NCBI RefSeq assembly: GCF_016432865.1 | Contig: NC_067401.1 | Location: forward strand, 40,672,001 to 40,736,000 | Direction of reading: 5' to 3' | From: Antechinus flavipes | Lineage: Eukaryota | Length of the DNA: 64,000 bases | In this document: positions 38,328-52,079 of the stretch, one piece after another | How the letters are laid out: each line of letters starts with the position of its first letter | How positions within the stretch are numbered: the stretch's first letter is position 1 | Translations under genes and position numbers: made by a program | Notes under the pieces: model-generated | Databases searched by the model: none | Seen by the model: the letters and a program-made list of their open reading frames with translations, nothing else | Told to the model about the DNA's origin: nothing

Positions 38328-39269
38328 GCTTTCCTCTTCGCCCTCTCCCTCTGTTCGGCGGGAAAAGAACACCTCAAACGTTCGGGGCGCTGACGTGTGT
38401 CCGTGCCCGATCGAGTCCCCCAACTTTCCACTAGTTTGCTGAATTTTTGCGCGGCCGGCCACCCACTTGACCCTCCCGCGCTTCTCCAGGGTACGCCCTT
38501 GGCTTTTCAGGGCACCCACCCAACGCCCGCTCAAAAAACACCGGCCGGCACTTCCGGGAGGACGAGAACCAGGAACTTCGGTTTTATTTCCACCTTCTCC
38601 CTCCCGTTACAACAGTAGTCCTAAAGGTGCGGGATACTACTACCGGCAGCCAGAAACTCTTCCGCCACCACCATCCTTAGTCCCGTCTCTTCCTCCCTCC
38701 ACGGTGTCACCACCACCACCACCACCCCGTTCCCCCCTCTCAGGGTTCCTTTGCGTATGGGGCTTAGGACTGCGAACGAAAAGCCCGCCTAAGCGGCGGA
38801 TTGGCTGGGAGCTTCGCTCCCGAGTTATCCCAGGGAAAGTTTGGGATACGGGCACTTTAGTGATTTCCGACGCCCTGGGGTCATCGCCCCGCGGACGGCA
38901 GTCGGACACGCCGGTCGTTTCTGACAAGTACAGTACGTCGAGGCGCTGGACAAAACTTGGTCGCCTTTCGTTCCGGGATAAAGTGGCACTGGACGTTGAC
39001 ACCAACAGCTTCGGGCCGGGGGGGGGGGGGGAAAGAGTAGCCAACGGGGCGAGGCGAGAGCGAGACCCGGGTGCTGACCCGACTTCGCTAAGGGAAGCGG
39101 GGACTTGTCGCCTCCGCTCGGGTTTATCGAGTGGGCTGGCTCCGGTTCGTGCCGGGACTGGGGGGACGCATTTAGGGTTAGGGTACGTACGCGGCATGTC
39201 ACGCCGCCACCGGGATCGGGAACGCAACTGGAAGTTCGGCAACAGCCCCTTTTCTCTGACGGGGTGGGT

Positions 39270-39285
39270 GGCTCTGAAAAGAGCC
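39270..39285 (-). terminator. Histone 3' stem-loop (H2A type 2-A)
   Basis: Minus strand caacGGCTCTTTTCAGAGCCaccca followed by cagagaaaaggggctg. Confidence 0.95.
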
Positions 39286-39330
39286 GTTGGTTTCGGGAGT
39301 GAGCCTTTCGGCCCCGGGAGCCGAGTCGGC

Positions 39331-40102
<772 letters not shown>

Positions 40103-40483
40103 ATGCCCGAGCCGGCCAAGTCCGCCCCTGCCCCCAAGAAGGGCTCCAAGAAAGCCGTGACCAAGGCTCNNNNNNNNNNNNNNNNNNNNNNNNNNNNNNN
40201 NNNNNNNNNNNNNNNNNNNNNNNNNNNNNNNNNNNNNNNNNNNNNNNNNNNNNNNNNNNNNNNNNNNNNNNNNNNNNNNNNNNNNNNNNNNNNNNNNNNN
40301 NNNNNNNNNNNNNNNNNNNNNNNNNNNNNNNNNNNNNNNNNNNNNNNNNNNNNNNNNNNNNNNNNNNNNNNNNNNNNNNNNNNNNNNNNNNNNNNNNNNN
40401 NNNNNNNNNNNNNNNNNNNNNNNNNNNNNNNNNNNNNNNNNNNNNNNNNNNNNNNNNNNNNNNNNNNNNNNNNNNNNNNNNNN
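40103..40483 (+). CDS. H2B: Histone H2B (inner gene of the left palindrome arm); mostly masked
   Basis: Visible MPEPAKSAPAPKKGSKKAVTKA. N block 40170-40495. The end is inferred from canonical length. Octamer, TATA and stem-loop are intact. Confidence 0.85.
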
Positions 40484-40533
40484 NNNNNNNNNNNNCCGGA
40501 GTCGCTCGCGCCGCCCCCCCGCCCCGAAACAAA

Positions 40534-40549
40534 GGCTCTTTTCAGAGCC
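40534..40549 (+). terminator. Histone 3' stem-loop (left-arm H2B)
   Basis: acaaaGGCTCTTTTCAGAGCCaccca followed by ctcaaaggagctgt. Confidence 0.95.
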
Positions 40550-41853
40550 ACCCACCTTCTCTCAAAGGAGCTGTCTCGCGCCAAAAAGTCCTTTAAAACT
40601 TACGCACTCGTCCCCACGCGCTCGCGCTCGCCTTCTACGCTTACCCTCCCCAGTCGCCTTCTCCCCGAGACCCACACGCCCAGCCCTCCCCCGGAAAGTC
40701 GCGGCACCCAAGCATTTTAAAACGGAAAAGAGAAAAGTGACAAAAACGAAAACACTTTCGCTTGCCCTCCTTTAAAACTTTTCCCTGGACCTTTGCCTGG
40801 CGACTCTGGCTCCCCTTTGCTTACGCCCCACGCTCCACCCCTAACCCCGGCAGGCTCGGCGCGCATGCTCCTTAACAAATCCCTTAGGGTTACGAAACCT
40901 CCCCGGGGCAGATTCAACTCTGCCTTTTCCGTTATGGAAAAAAGCAATCCCTAGTGCCCCGCCTCTATTCTCCTTGTTGTCCTGAGAACCTCCTCTATAC
41001 AGGTTCTTCCAGTTCTTTGCCTTTGTCTCATGATTTAGATTATTTAATACATTCGGGTAGGAAGTTCAATACAGTTCAATTCTCACAACTGCTTCATATT
41101 TGAGAAAAAGAGGGGCAGAGATCCCAACATGGTCTTCATATATAAACTTGAGGACTTAAAAGACCCCCAAAAAGTACGGATTGGTATTTTTAATGAGCAC
41201 TTGTGGGGAGTTTAAAAAAACTGAGTGCATCAATATACTGAAAATATTAACTATTATGGCCAGATTGAATTTATATTAGAAATGTTAAGTTTGGTTAAGT
41301 ATTAAGAAAGCTACACGTAACAGATTGCATTAATAAAAGAGCAGCCCAAATCAGTATTATAGCCATAGATGCAGGAAAAGTTTTTAATGAAATAAGTGCC
41401 CATTTATGTTCATTAAACAATAAGTAAATATCACAATAAAGGGACCCTTATTATAAATAATGTGACATATCTCTTATGTAGTATATTATATAGCTCATAT
41501 AGTATATAATGTAAGATAAATGGCATCTAAAACCAAGAGAAAGCTTTATATGTAATTGGGATAAAATAGATTAAATAAGATTGGATTAATCAAGGATATC
41601 CATAATCAATACTACCATCATTTCCATTATGATTACTGCAACTACAAACTACTCCTTATGGAAATAGTCTTGAATACTGAAGTATTGTTATAGATTGAGA
41701 TGATATAATAAAAATGACAATGTTATCTAAATTGATTTACTTTTTGAATACTATATCACTCCGATTTGCCCAACAATTATTTCATAGCATTAGGCAGGAA
41801 AAGATTGGGGGGAAACTAGGGAGGAAAGGAGTTTTAAGAATATCATACCTCAA

Positions 41854-42231
41854 TGTATTCTGATGGAAGTGGATATCTTCAACAAAGAGATCTAATTCAG
41901 TTCCAATTGATCAATGGATAGAATCAGCTACATCCAGAGAAGAAACACTGGGAAATGAGTGTGAACTATTTGCATTTTTGTTTTTCTTCTCAGGTTATTT
42001 TTACCTTCTGAATCCAATTCTTCCTGTGCAACAAGAGGACTGTTAGGTTCTGCATACATATATTGTATCTAGGATATACTATAACATATTTAACATGTAT
42101 GAGACTGCTTACAATCTAGGGGAGGGGTTGGAGGGAGAGAAGGGAAAAGTTGGAACAGAAGTGAGTGCAAGGGATAATGTAAAAAATTACCTATGCTTAT
42201 GTACTTTCAATAAAAAGTTATATATAAAAAA
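41854..42231 (+). mobile_element. 5'-truncated LINE-1 insertion with 18-bp TSD
   Basis: TSD aagaatatcatacctcaa at 41836-41853 and 42232-42249, an L1 endonuclease site TTTT/AA, and an A-rich tail. Confidence 0.9.
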
Positions 42232-43792
42232 AAGAATATCATACCTCAAACTTTAATATTCAGCTAATCATCACAATGATTTTGTAATGGTTTGAAAATA
42301 GAGAAAATGATCCTATAGGAAAAATCAGATGTACTACAAAAAGATAAAAATGAACCTTAAGTCTTGTGTAGAATAAATCCAAATACTTCAACTACTGAAG
42401 TAAAGAGGCAACATTAAATGAAAACTGCTGGAAAAAAAAAGTCTGCCAAAATGTAGGTGTTTATACTAATATCTCACAGTACCATCTTGCCATATATTTC
42501 TTAAATAAAAAGGTTACATTATAAACACATTAAAGGCACAAAAAAAATTACTTTTTAGATCTATGCATAGAAAAGGCTATGATCAAAATAAGGATAGAGA
42601 GGATCACACTGAAAACATGGATAATTTTGATTACACAAAATTGCAATGTTTTGCAATACTAAATACAGCTAAAGGAGAAAAAAAATCAATTGGGTTAACT
42701 GGGAAAATAAATCCTTTCATCAGTTTTCTTGATGACAATCTCATCTTAAAGTTACATAAATCTGAATCAATTAAAAATAAGGTATATTCTCCATTTGATA
42801 AAAGGTCAAAGGATATGATCAGAATTTTTTTCCTTAGGTTTTTTTTTTTTTTTTAAATTTTCTGTTCTCATTATTCTTCATCTGACAAACCAACTTCCAC
42901 ACTGGACAAAATTTTTTTAAAAATCAGTACATAACTATAGAGGGATAGTAAAAAAAAAAAAAAAATGTATGTCTCCTGCATTTTAAATTTTGCTTCTCTA
43001 GCTAGAGATGTGTGATGTATTTCATCTTCATTCTTTTGCAATTTATTGTATTCCTGAGTTCTAAACTCTTTCAAAGATGTTTTTCTTTATAATTTCTTAA
43101 GTACCATAAATTTTTGTTATTTCTCTACGTGGCAATTCATAGAGGTTTATTCCAATTCCCATTGAAAGTGTCCATTGTATAATTTTTATGGCCTAATAAT
43201 ATTCTATTACCTTCACAGAGCAATTTGTTTACCCATTTCCTAATATGAGAAGAGCACCTAAGTTTCCAATTTTTGACTATTGTGCTATAAAAATTTATGT
43301 ACATGGGGATCCTTTTTTCTTTTGGTGAGGGATTATATAAATTTTGGAATCCATTTTTGAAAAGGATCATATAGGGTGATCACTTGCTTATGAACTGAAT
43401 TTGTTAGGCAGAGTTGCACAGTCATCACCTTCACTCTCTCTTCCAGAGTCATCAAAGTCCAATGACAGGATAAATGTCAAGACTGGTAATGGCCTGGGAT
43501 GAAGTGGACGACCTTCCTTGAAGCTTTTGATGTCTAAGTTCTAAAATCTGCTTCAGCCACCTTCATGGCCACTGTAACAAAATGTTCTTCCCCGATCATT
43601 TAGTCAGTGGAAGTTTTCACATGCTTTGAAGCCTATCAATTATCTTCAACCTGGTTTAGCCCATCTGCTCAAACATGCTACAAGCTTCTTGGAACCACAG
43701 GTGAGAGTTCAGTGACCAGTTGGACATCAAAAGAGGGATGAACAGCCTGGAAAAGGGCTAGATAAGCCCTCACAGCAGGGAGGTTAGTCCTT

Positions 43793-44367
43793 TGCTGGTG
43801 ATTTTCTTCTTTTAAAATATATAAATAATGGTTTCTCTGGGGGAGAGCAGGTTTCTCAGGGAGGTTTTCTGGAGGCAGCCTTAGTTTCAGTTAAAATTAA
43901 TAATCACCCAAAATGCAGCCAGCTGAGAAAATGCAAATGTTTATTTTCTCCTTCCAAAGTAGTCAGGTTAGTTTTTCTAGAGGCCTCTCTCTCTTCTTGG
44001 TTCTAAGAGCTCTTGCAGCTTTGTCCTTTGCTTCTGCCTCTGTTTTCTTCAGCTTCCAATTCAGCTAAACTCTTTTGACTGGGTTTATATATGACTCTTG
44101 TGAGAGAATGGGATTATGAGTTTTCTCTCAGAGTGCTCTCTGGCCCTAAGAGCTTCAAGGGAGGCGTGAATTCACAAAATTACACAGTTAACTTTGTGAA
44201 TCTCCCATGCTTGTGAATTCCAATGAATAAAGGTGTAAACACAAGCATTGTATCAATTAGTTCTACTTAGTACCTTGTTTCAGGTTTTGGCCCAAAACAT
44301 CTCCTTGTAAGATCAGATCAATAATCTATCAACTCTAATGAGTTAGCAGTTTGTAAAGATTCCAACA
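43793..44367 (-). mobile_element. Solo LTR, family A
   Basis: TG...CA termini. Shares the block gagtgctctctggccctaagagcttcaaggg...gattccaaca with 5735, 52080 and 53241. Flanked by gtcct(t)/gtcct. Confidence 0.75.
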
Positions 44368-45698
44368 GTCCTCCCTGAAGATTCTGTACAATCCTATAAT
44401 AGTATAGTTGGGTCAAAGTGTATAGACAGTTTAAAGGTAATTTTCTAGCCTAATTTCTTTTTTAAAATAAATATATGCAAAGATAGTTTTCAAAATTTAC
44501 CCTTGCAAAATCTTGTATTCCAAATTTTTCTCCCACCTCTCTCTCCTAGACAGCTAGTAATCCAATATAGGTTAAACATGTGCAATTCTTCTAAACATAT
44601 TTCCACTTTATCTTGTCCAGCCTAATTTCACATTCATTTCCACAATCCCTGATACAATTCAACAGTTTTTCCAACAGTGTGCATGTATACCTCTTTTCCC
44701 ACAGTTCACCTAACATTTAGCATTTTCCAAATTTGTTATTTTTGCTAGTCTCATCAGTGTGAAGTACAACCTCATATTTGCATTAATTCTCTATTGCTAA
44801 TTTAAAATATTTTAAATATGATTGCCAATAGATTGTAAATTCCTAGGTATCTATAGTGAAGAATGGCTCTTAATCTTATAAAATATACATCTGAATCCAT
44901 TTTGGAAATGAGATCTTTAGCAGAGAAACTTATTTCAAAAATATTTTCCCACATACTTATTTCCTTCTAATTTTTATGGCATTAGATTTGTTTATGAAAA
45001 AAATTTTCATCTTATATAATCAGAATCTTTTATTTTATCTTGTGTGATTCTATTGCTTATTTAATCATGAACTCTTCTCCTATATATAATATAGACATGA
45101 AAGGTGATTTCTTCCATGCTCCTCTAACTTAAGATATGACTTTTTAATATACAGCCACGATCCATTTGTAGTTTTTCTTACTATATGCTACAAGGCATTG
45201 TTCTAACTCTGTCAGATTAATGTCCTATTTTCTAGTAGTTTTTGTCAAATAAGTCCTTCCCCCAATAATTGGGGTCTTTGGATTTATCAACCTTTTGATC
45301 ATTCACATCTGTGTGCTGCTCTCTCATTGACCCTGATCAACTGCTCTCTTTAAAAAAAGTACCAACTCATTTATTTGATTATTGCTTATTAGTACAGCTG
45401 GGTTAAATGAGTGGATGAGAACTGGTACTCCTTTCCTTCCCTCTTTTTTCATTGTTACCCTTGTGGGTTCTAGATGTCTTTTGTTCCTCTTATGAATTTT
45501 TTATTTTTTTTTCACCCTGGGTCTACAAAATATTTTAAGTTTGGTACAGTACTGAATAAACTACTTTAGCAAGTATTTTAGTTTTTATTTTGTCAGCTTT
45601 ACCTATGAGCATTTAATATTTTTCCAAATATTTGTAATTTTAATTTTTGTCAAATAGTGTTTTTCAATTAAATATATCTATTTTTAAACTTCTGTAGT

Positions 45699-46194
45699 TG
45701 TGATACTAGAGAAACTGAGGCAAGGAGAGATTGGTTTTTAATCTTTAATGCGGAGTTTAAGCTTGATGACTGCAAGGGACTCTTGTGCAAAGCATTTGGT
45801 CCAGATAAATGGAAGCAGGGAACTTATATAGGGTTTTAGCTAACTGGGGTTTGCAAACAGAATATATAACCTGAATATACAATCTTATAGGGGAAACAAA
45901 GGCAGATAAGGAAGGAGTGAGGACACTGATAGGAAGGACAAACCATAATTCCAGAAAAGGATAATAACTTAATCCTGAGAGGATAAAGAGTCAAGATAAG
46001 AAGGTCAAAGACAGAAGACATTGAGTCAAGGGGCAATACTCAAAAGGAGGGGGATTTATCCTAGCAAGGATCAAGATAATGCACCTGGAGTTTATGACAT
46101 AATGATAATGTAAAGGTGGTCAGAGCTTTAAGGTTTTTCCTAGGCTTTTATTTTTTTTTTAAGCTCAATTTCCAGTCCTAATTGGCGCTCAACA
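45699..46194 (-). mobile_element. Solo LTR, family B-related, 4-bp TSD TAGT
   Basis: tagt|tgtgatactagagaaactgagg ... ggcgctcaaca|tagt. Confidence 0.75.
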
Positions 46195-46245
46195 TAGTTA
46201 TTTCACCAAGTCGTTAAAGTTTTACTAACCACCTAAAAGAAAATC

Positions 46246-46760
46246 TATAATGCCAGAGAAACTGAGGTAGACAGAGATTAGGTTTTTAGTATTTTAAAAG
46301 TGGAGAATCTGGACTAGCAGCTGAATATGACCCATGTCCGGCCCCCAGCCGTCTGAATGGGACTCTTGTCTCAAAGCATCCAGCCCCCAGCATGTAATTC
46401 CAGAGACACTTATATGCCTTTGTTTAGGCAAGGGGGGGAGAGGGGGAGCAGAGCACTGGGTGAGTGAAAATACCAGGAAGGACCATTTTTAATTCTGATA
46501 GGGTTGGGGGTCAAGAAGGTGGTTAAAGGCCAAAAAGATAGTGAATACCATCCGGGCATTTGCGATAAGCCATCTGGAGTTTTATAAGTGAGAGTGGTCA
46601 GAGCTCAGAGGCCCTAATTCTCTTAGTCTTAATAGTCAGGAAGGGGATTTGGGGGTGGCTACATGGAAAACTGAGGCAGAACAATTCAGGGAAATTGAGG
46701 TAGGGAAACTAAAATATTACAATTCAGAGAAACTGAGGAGGGGAAACTGAGGTATTATCA
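46246..46760 (-). mobile_element. LTR, family B-related
   Basis: Starts tataatgccagagaaactgagg and ends in repeated gaaactgagg motifs. No clear TSD. Confidence 0.55.
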
Positions 46761-46829
46761 GGTTTTTCCCATCAGGTGCTCTGCATGCTTTCAACCCCAT
46801 CATCATCATCTCCCCTCACTAGCTTTAAC

Positions 46830-47365
46830 TGTAATGCCAGAGAAAGATAGAGATTAGAGAGTTTTTAATATCTTATTTGGATTTCTGAGAGGGAGAGATT
46901 GTGCTGCGGCATGTTGCCTCCAGGATTGATGTCCAAAGCACTGAGCAGTGAATGTGAGTGACATATATATATATGACTCTAAGCTCGGATATACAAAGGG
47001 GGATGGAGTCCAAATTCTGGTGAGCAGGAATCTCCAGGCAGGGACTATCAATCCTGTTGTGACAGGTTGGAGGGGGGTGGGGGGGAAGTAGGACCATAAT
47101 TTCTTGCTAACTGGGAGTTAAGAAGGTGTCCAGCTAGAGACAGGAAGTCTGAAACTTAGAGGATACCAATTAGGTATCTGAGATAGGACATCTGGAGTTT
47201 TATCTTCTGAAATGCCAGATCTCCACAGCCCTAATTATCTCAGTTCTAATGGGCAGAAAAGGGGGGTTGCAACCAGAGGGATTGAGGCAAAACAATTCAG
47301 GGAAACTGAGGCAGGACAATTAGGAAAACTGAGGCAGGACAATAAAAGGGAACTGTGGCACAACG
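46830..47365 (-). mobile_element. Solo LTR, family B, 4-bp TSD TAAC
   Basis: taac|tgtaatgccagag ... gggaactgtggcacaacg|taac. The interior is similar to 4811-5314 and 51138-51607. Confidence 0.8.
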
Positions 47366-47639
47366 TAACTTCTCTCCCACCATAAATGTATTACCAGGAA
47401 ACACCATCATAGAAATTACTTCAACTTTGGTACTTACAGGACTACAATGTCTTTGGTTGCCTCTGTCCCTCTTAGCGTAAGGTTAAAGGGTAGAACAAAA
47501 AACTTCCCCACCCCAAGCCTCTCTTAAAAGAAGGCTCAGAATTGCAGCCAGCTCTTCATTTCTTACCAGCTGTTTTGTTTGATTTAGACTCCACCATTAT
47601 CATGCCCCTTACCAGCTCCCTCTGGCTTCTTCCCCCACT

Positions 47640-49900
47640 TTAGCTTTCTTCCATAGCATGTCTTCTCCCATTAGATTGTAAGCTCCTTGAAGGCAGGAAC
47701 TTTTTCTTATGTGTATTCTCAGTTCTCAACAGAGTGTCTGGCACATAGTAGTTCCTTAATAAATGTTTATTGTTTGTTTTGTAGGTGGACTTTGGGTCTT
47801 CTCTCTCCTCCCTCCCTGCCCTCAGAATAGGGCAAAGAATTGTCATTGTTCTGAAGGGGACAGCACATAAACAACACACACAACACACACATTCATATGC
47901 AATAAACTTAGAGGGAAGGGACTAAATTTAAGGAGTACCCAGAAAAGTTTCTTGCAGAAGATAGGATTTTCTCTGAAAACTGAAGAAAGCCAGAAGGTGG
48001 AAATAAGGAGAGAGAGTTCTCTGAGAGAATGAGAATTCTCCATGAAAATGTCTGGAGTCAAGAAGGCATAAAAAGAGCAGAAGTAGAGCAGGAAGCCAAG
48101 TTAGAATGGACTTTAAAAGCCAAACAGATGGTTTTATATTTGATCTTTATAAGCAGTTCTGGCGTTTATTGAATACACAGTAGGGGGGGTCATAGAATGA
48201 ACTAAACATTTATTTAAGCACTTACTTTGGGCTAGGCACTGTGTTAAGAACTTACCATCTAATTGGATTTTATAACAGCTAGATGCTATTGTGATTCCCA
48301 ATTTGCAGTTGATAAAACTGAGGCAGAGAGATGTTAAGTGACTTGTTCAGGGTCATACAACAAGTGGTCTGAGGACAAATTTGAACTCTTTCTGACTCTT
48401 GTCCCAGCACTCTACCATCTGCACTATCCAGCTGCCTGTCAATGACATGTTTTTAAGGAATAGAACTTTAGGAAAATCAATTTGACGGATAAATATGGAC
48501 TGTGATTTGAGGAAGGGAGACCAACCAGTAGGCTACTGCAAGCTTGAAATGATGAGAACTAGTAGCAGGGTGGATTCAGAATAGGAGAAGAGAGCACATA
48601 AAGGAAAGATGTAACTAATGTAGACTCAACAAGACTTGGTAACTGGGTGGAAATGGGGGTGGGGGAGAAGGGGGACTTAAAAGAGTGAGGAGGTGAGCAT
48701 AATAGTTTGCCAGACAGGTAGTTTGGAGGATGACTAAGATGTTGGCAATAAGAGGGATATTTGGAAAAGAGGAGAATTTGGGAAGGAAATAAAATGGTTT
48801 TGGTTATGTATAGTTTAAGATGTCTACATGACATCCAGTTAAAGATGTATAAAAGGTGATGTGACCATGATGTGGGGTTCAGCACCAAAAATTGGGGTTT
48901 GGTCATGTGAAGAATTCACAATAGCCATTCTCTTTGCAAAAGGTAGATTTATTCAGGGAACATATTATAGACAAAATGAAGGGATATAATAGACACCGGA
49001 ATGGTAAATGAGAAATAGAGTGGGAGAACATATGCAAGACAAGTTCCTCCGTAGAACTCACAATTACCCTGTAGAAATGAAGTATCCTATGAAGTTGGAG
49101 TATGCCCTTAGCTGGCAGGCTAAATCCCAAAAGGGACTTAGTACCCTAAAAGAGTTATGGTTTTATTTAAAGAGGAGGAGTGGAGTTGGGAAGCAGAGTG
49201 GGGTTAGGGGAGATAGCACAAGGTATGGGGGTGGGGGGGAGGGGCGGGGAGAGGTAAGGAAAAAGACACAAGTAAAGAGTGCCAGTGGCAAGCTGACTCA
49301 AAGGAGGGTAACAGTCATGGCTTGGCCCATAACTAGATTTTATAGGGAAAATTGAACCTCAGGGAGATGACTAGGATTTCTAGGGTCGGGGAGGCGAGGA
49401 GTGGGGGGGAAGGAAAGGTTTCAGGAGTTTGACATAAGTTGGATTTTGGAGTGGATCACCTCCCTAAAGGGTGGGGACCAGGGAGCTAAACTGATCTCTA
49501 TCAGACTTCTGCATGCTTACCTCAGGGGTCAATTCTTCAGTTTCTCTTGGTCTAAAACACCATTTAGAACCTCATCAAAAGTATTTAGAGATGTCAGACT
49601 AGAGGTCAGAGTGTAGCGATACAAAAATAATTGAGAATTATTATTGAATTCATGGAAACTGTTGTTATCACCAAATGAAATATAGAGAGAAGAAAAAGGA
49701 GTGCAAGGCAGAGCCTTGGAGGAACACCTACAATTATTAAGTCAGATCTGGAAAGTAGCCCAAAGGAGATTGAGAAGGAGTAATCAGACAGGTAAGTGAG
49801 AGAAGTTAGTACTTATCTTCTGGAATGGCAGATCTAGTGCCAAGGACTTTAGAAAGGTTGAGAGATGATTTTTGAAGGACAAAAAAAGCCTTAGATTAAG
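47640..49900 (-). mobile_element. Degenerate LINE-2 interrupted by a MIR-like SINE and an LTR-like element (about 48906-49559)
   Basis: L2 3' end ggcacatagtagttccttaataaatgt (47740) with L2-like purine-rich body. Confidence 0.5.
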
Positions 49901-49918
49901 CAATCTATGATTAATTCC

Positions 49919-50095
49919 TTTTTTTGTTTGTTTGTTTGTTTGTTTGTTTGTTTGTTTTTGCTGAGGCAATTGGGGTTAAATAACTTGCCCAGGGTCACAC
50001 AGCTAGGAAGTATTAAGTATCTGAAATCAGATTTGAATTCAGGTCCTACCCGGACTTCAGGATTGGTGCTCTATCCACTAAACCAACTAGCTGCC
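49919..50095 (-). mobile_element. WSINE1-like SINE with (TTTG)n tail and 7-bp TSD
   Basis: ctgaggcaattggggttaaataacttgcccagggtcacacagctaggaagtattaag...ctagctgcc. TSD taattcc at 49912-49918 and 50096-50102. Confidence 0.7.
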
Positions 50096-50183
50096 TAATT
50101 CCATTATTTTAAATAACTTTCTCTTTCTTGTTAGATTTTGTTGGTTAAATATAGGTAAGATAGGATTTGGGGAGTTCATAGTT

Positions 50184-50800
50184 TGAAATAAACATGACAA
50201 ATTCACAATGACCACAATGGTCATTCTCTTTGACAAAAGGGAGGTTTATTTAGGAGAAGAGGTTACAGATAAAAATGAGAGGCAAAATAAGGACCAAGAG
50301 TGGCAAATATGAAATAGAGTTACAAGAGCCTTTAGTTACCTGGGCTAGCCAGAATAAGGAAAAAGTCACCAATAGAGGCAATGGGCACTATAAGGAGGGA
50401 AAGAGAGAGTAACCTCATAGTGGGCTTAGTCCTGAAAAGAACTTAGAAAAGTTATTTTATATGGAAATATGGCCTTAGGGGTTTCCCAGGCAAAGACCAG
50501 GTGGAATGCACCAAGATAGTCTGAGAAAGCGAACCTTTTTGTTAGCAATTATGGTCTATAGGGGTTACATTATGACTGTCTTAATTTATGATAATAAAAC
50601 AGTTGGGGAAAGCTAAGTTCCCATCACAGTTGTCTCAAAGATTGTAACTATCTTTAAAGATACTAGCTAGATTGAGGATAAAATGAATGAATTAGCAATA
50701 GACTCATATTATTAACTTCACATTCTATAGAAACAGCATAATCTGGGAAGCCATTTGGGCTTCTTCCTGACTGGGGAAGAGCGTAAGCCACATCAGGTAT
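50184..50800. mobile_element. Unclassified LTR-like repeat (family D), related copies at about 48906 and 58859-59560
   Basis: Shared blocks tgaaataaacatg..acaaattcacaatg..ccattctc..aaaaggtag.tttatt and gggcttcttcctgac. Confidence 0.5.
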
Positions 50801-51137
50801 GCTGAAGATCTACATTAATTCATCTTATATTCTACAATTTTGTTAGTTATTATTTCAATTAATTTTAATCTGATTTTCTCTATATAAAACCATTCAATTG
50901 AAAAAAAAAAACATAGTCATGTCTCTTCTTTTCTTATTCTTATTCCCTCAATTTCTTTTTCTTATAGCTGGCATTTTAAGCCTTTTAATGGTAGTGATCA
51001 TATTGGGAGTTACATCCTTGTTTTACTCCTGATTTTATTGGGAAAGATTCTAACTTTTCTTCATTACATAAAATACTTTTAAATGAAACTGAACACTATG
51101 TTCTATACTGAGGAACGTACATTTATTCCCATAGTTT

Positions 51138-51607
51138 TGTTGTGTCACAGTTCCCTTTTATTGTTCTGCCTCAGTTTCCCTCGTTCCTCCTTTTCTGCCC
51201 ATTAGAACTGAAATAATTAGGGCTGTGGAGATCTGACATTCCAGAAGATAAAACTCTAGATGTCCTATCTCAGATACCTAATTGGCATTATTTATAACTA
51301 AATTTCAGACTTCCTGGGTCTAGCCGAATACCTCCTTAACTCCCAATTAGTAAGAATTTGTGGTCCTACCCCCAATCTGTCAGAACCAGATTGATGGTCA
51401 CTGCCTGGAGATTCCTGCTCACCAGAGTTTGGACTCCAATTCTCCCCTGCCTTTGTTTAGCTACTGGAGCTTATAGCTATATATACATCATTGAGAACTC
51501 ACATTGAGAACAACATGCCCCCAGCACAATCTCTCCTTCTCAGAAATCCAAATAAAATATTAAAAACTCTCCAATCTCTATCTTGCCTCAGTTTCTCCAG
51601 CATTACA
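51138..51607 (+). mobile_element. Solo LTR, family B
   Basis: tgttgtgtcacagttccc ... ctcagtttctccagcattaca, inside a minus-strand L1 remnant. Confidence 0.75.
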
Positions 51608-52079
51608 GTTAGTTTCTATCATTTTTAATAGAAATGAATGTTCCATCAAAAACTTTTTTAGCATCCATTGGCATAATTATGTGGTTTTTATTGTTTATAT
51701 TACTAATGTGGTTTATTATAGTTACAGTTTATTGTTATAAAATAGTCTTCATTTAAATTCGTTTTATGAATAAATATTGAATTTCATAAAATTCATTTAA
51801 AAATGAATCACTACCTGGTTACAGTATATACTTCTAAATACTGTTTTAAACAACTTGTTAAATTTTTTTTTTAACATATCAGGGTTCAGTAGGAATGTTG
51901 CTCTGTAGTTTCTTTCTCTTTTTGCCTTTCTGTTCATTAGGGAGCAATATCACATTTGTATCTTAAAAAGATAGTGGAAGAGTGTACTTTTTTGCCATTG
52001 CAAACATTTTTTTTTAGAATTGGAATCAATTCTTCTTTGAATATTTGATGGAATTTATATGTAAGTCTTTCTGGTCCTG

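Noticed and set aside
38807-38821. Hairpin GGGAGC-TTC-GCTCCC near a CCAAT box, a possible orphan histone stem-loop
   Set aside because: It has a 3-nt loop and the wrong stem sequence for SLBP binding, with no HDE. Such hairpins are expected by chance in GC-rich DNA.
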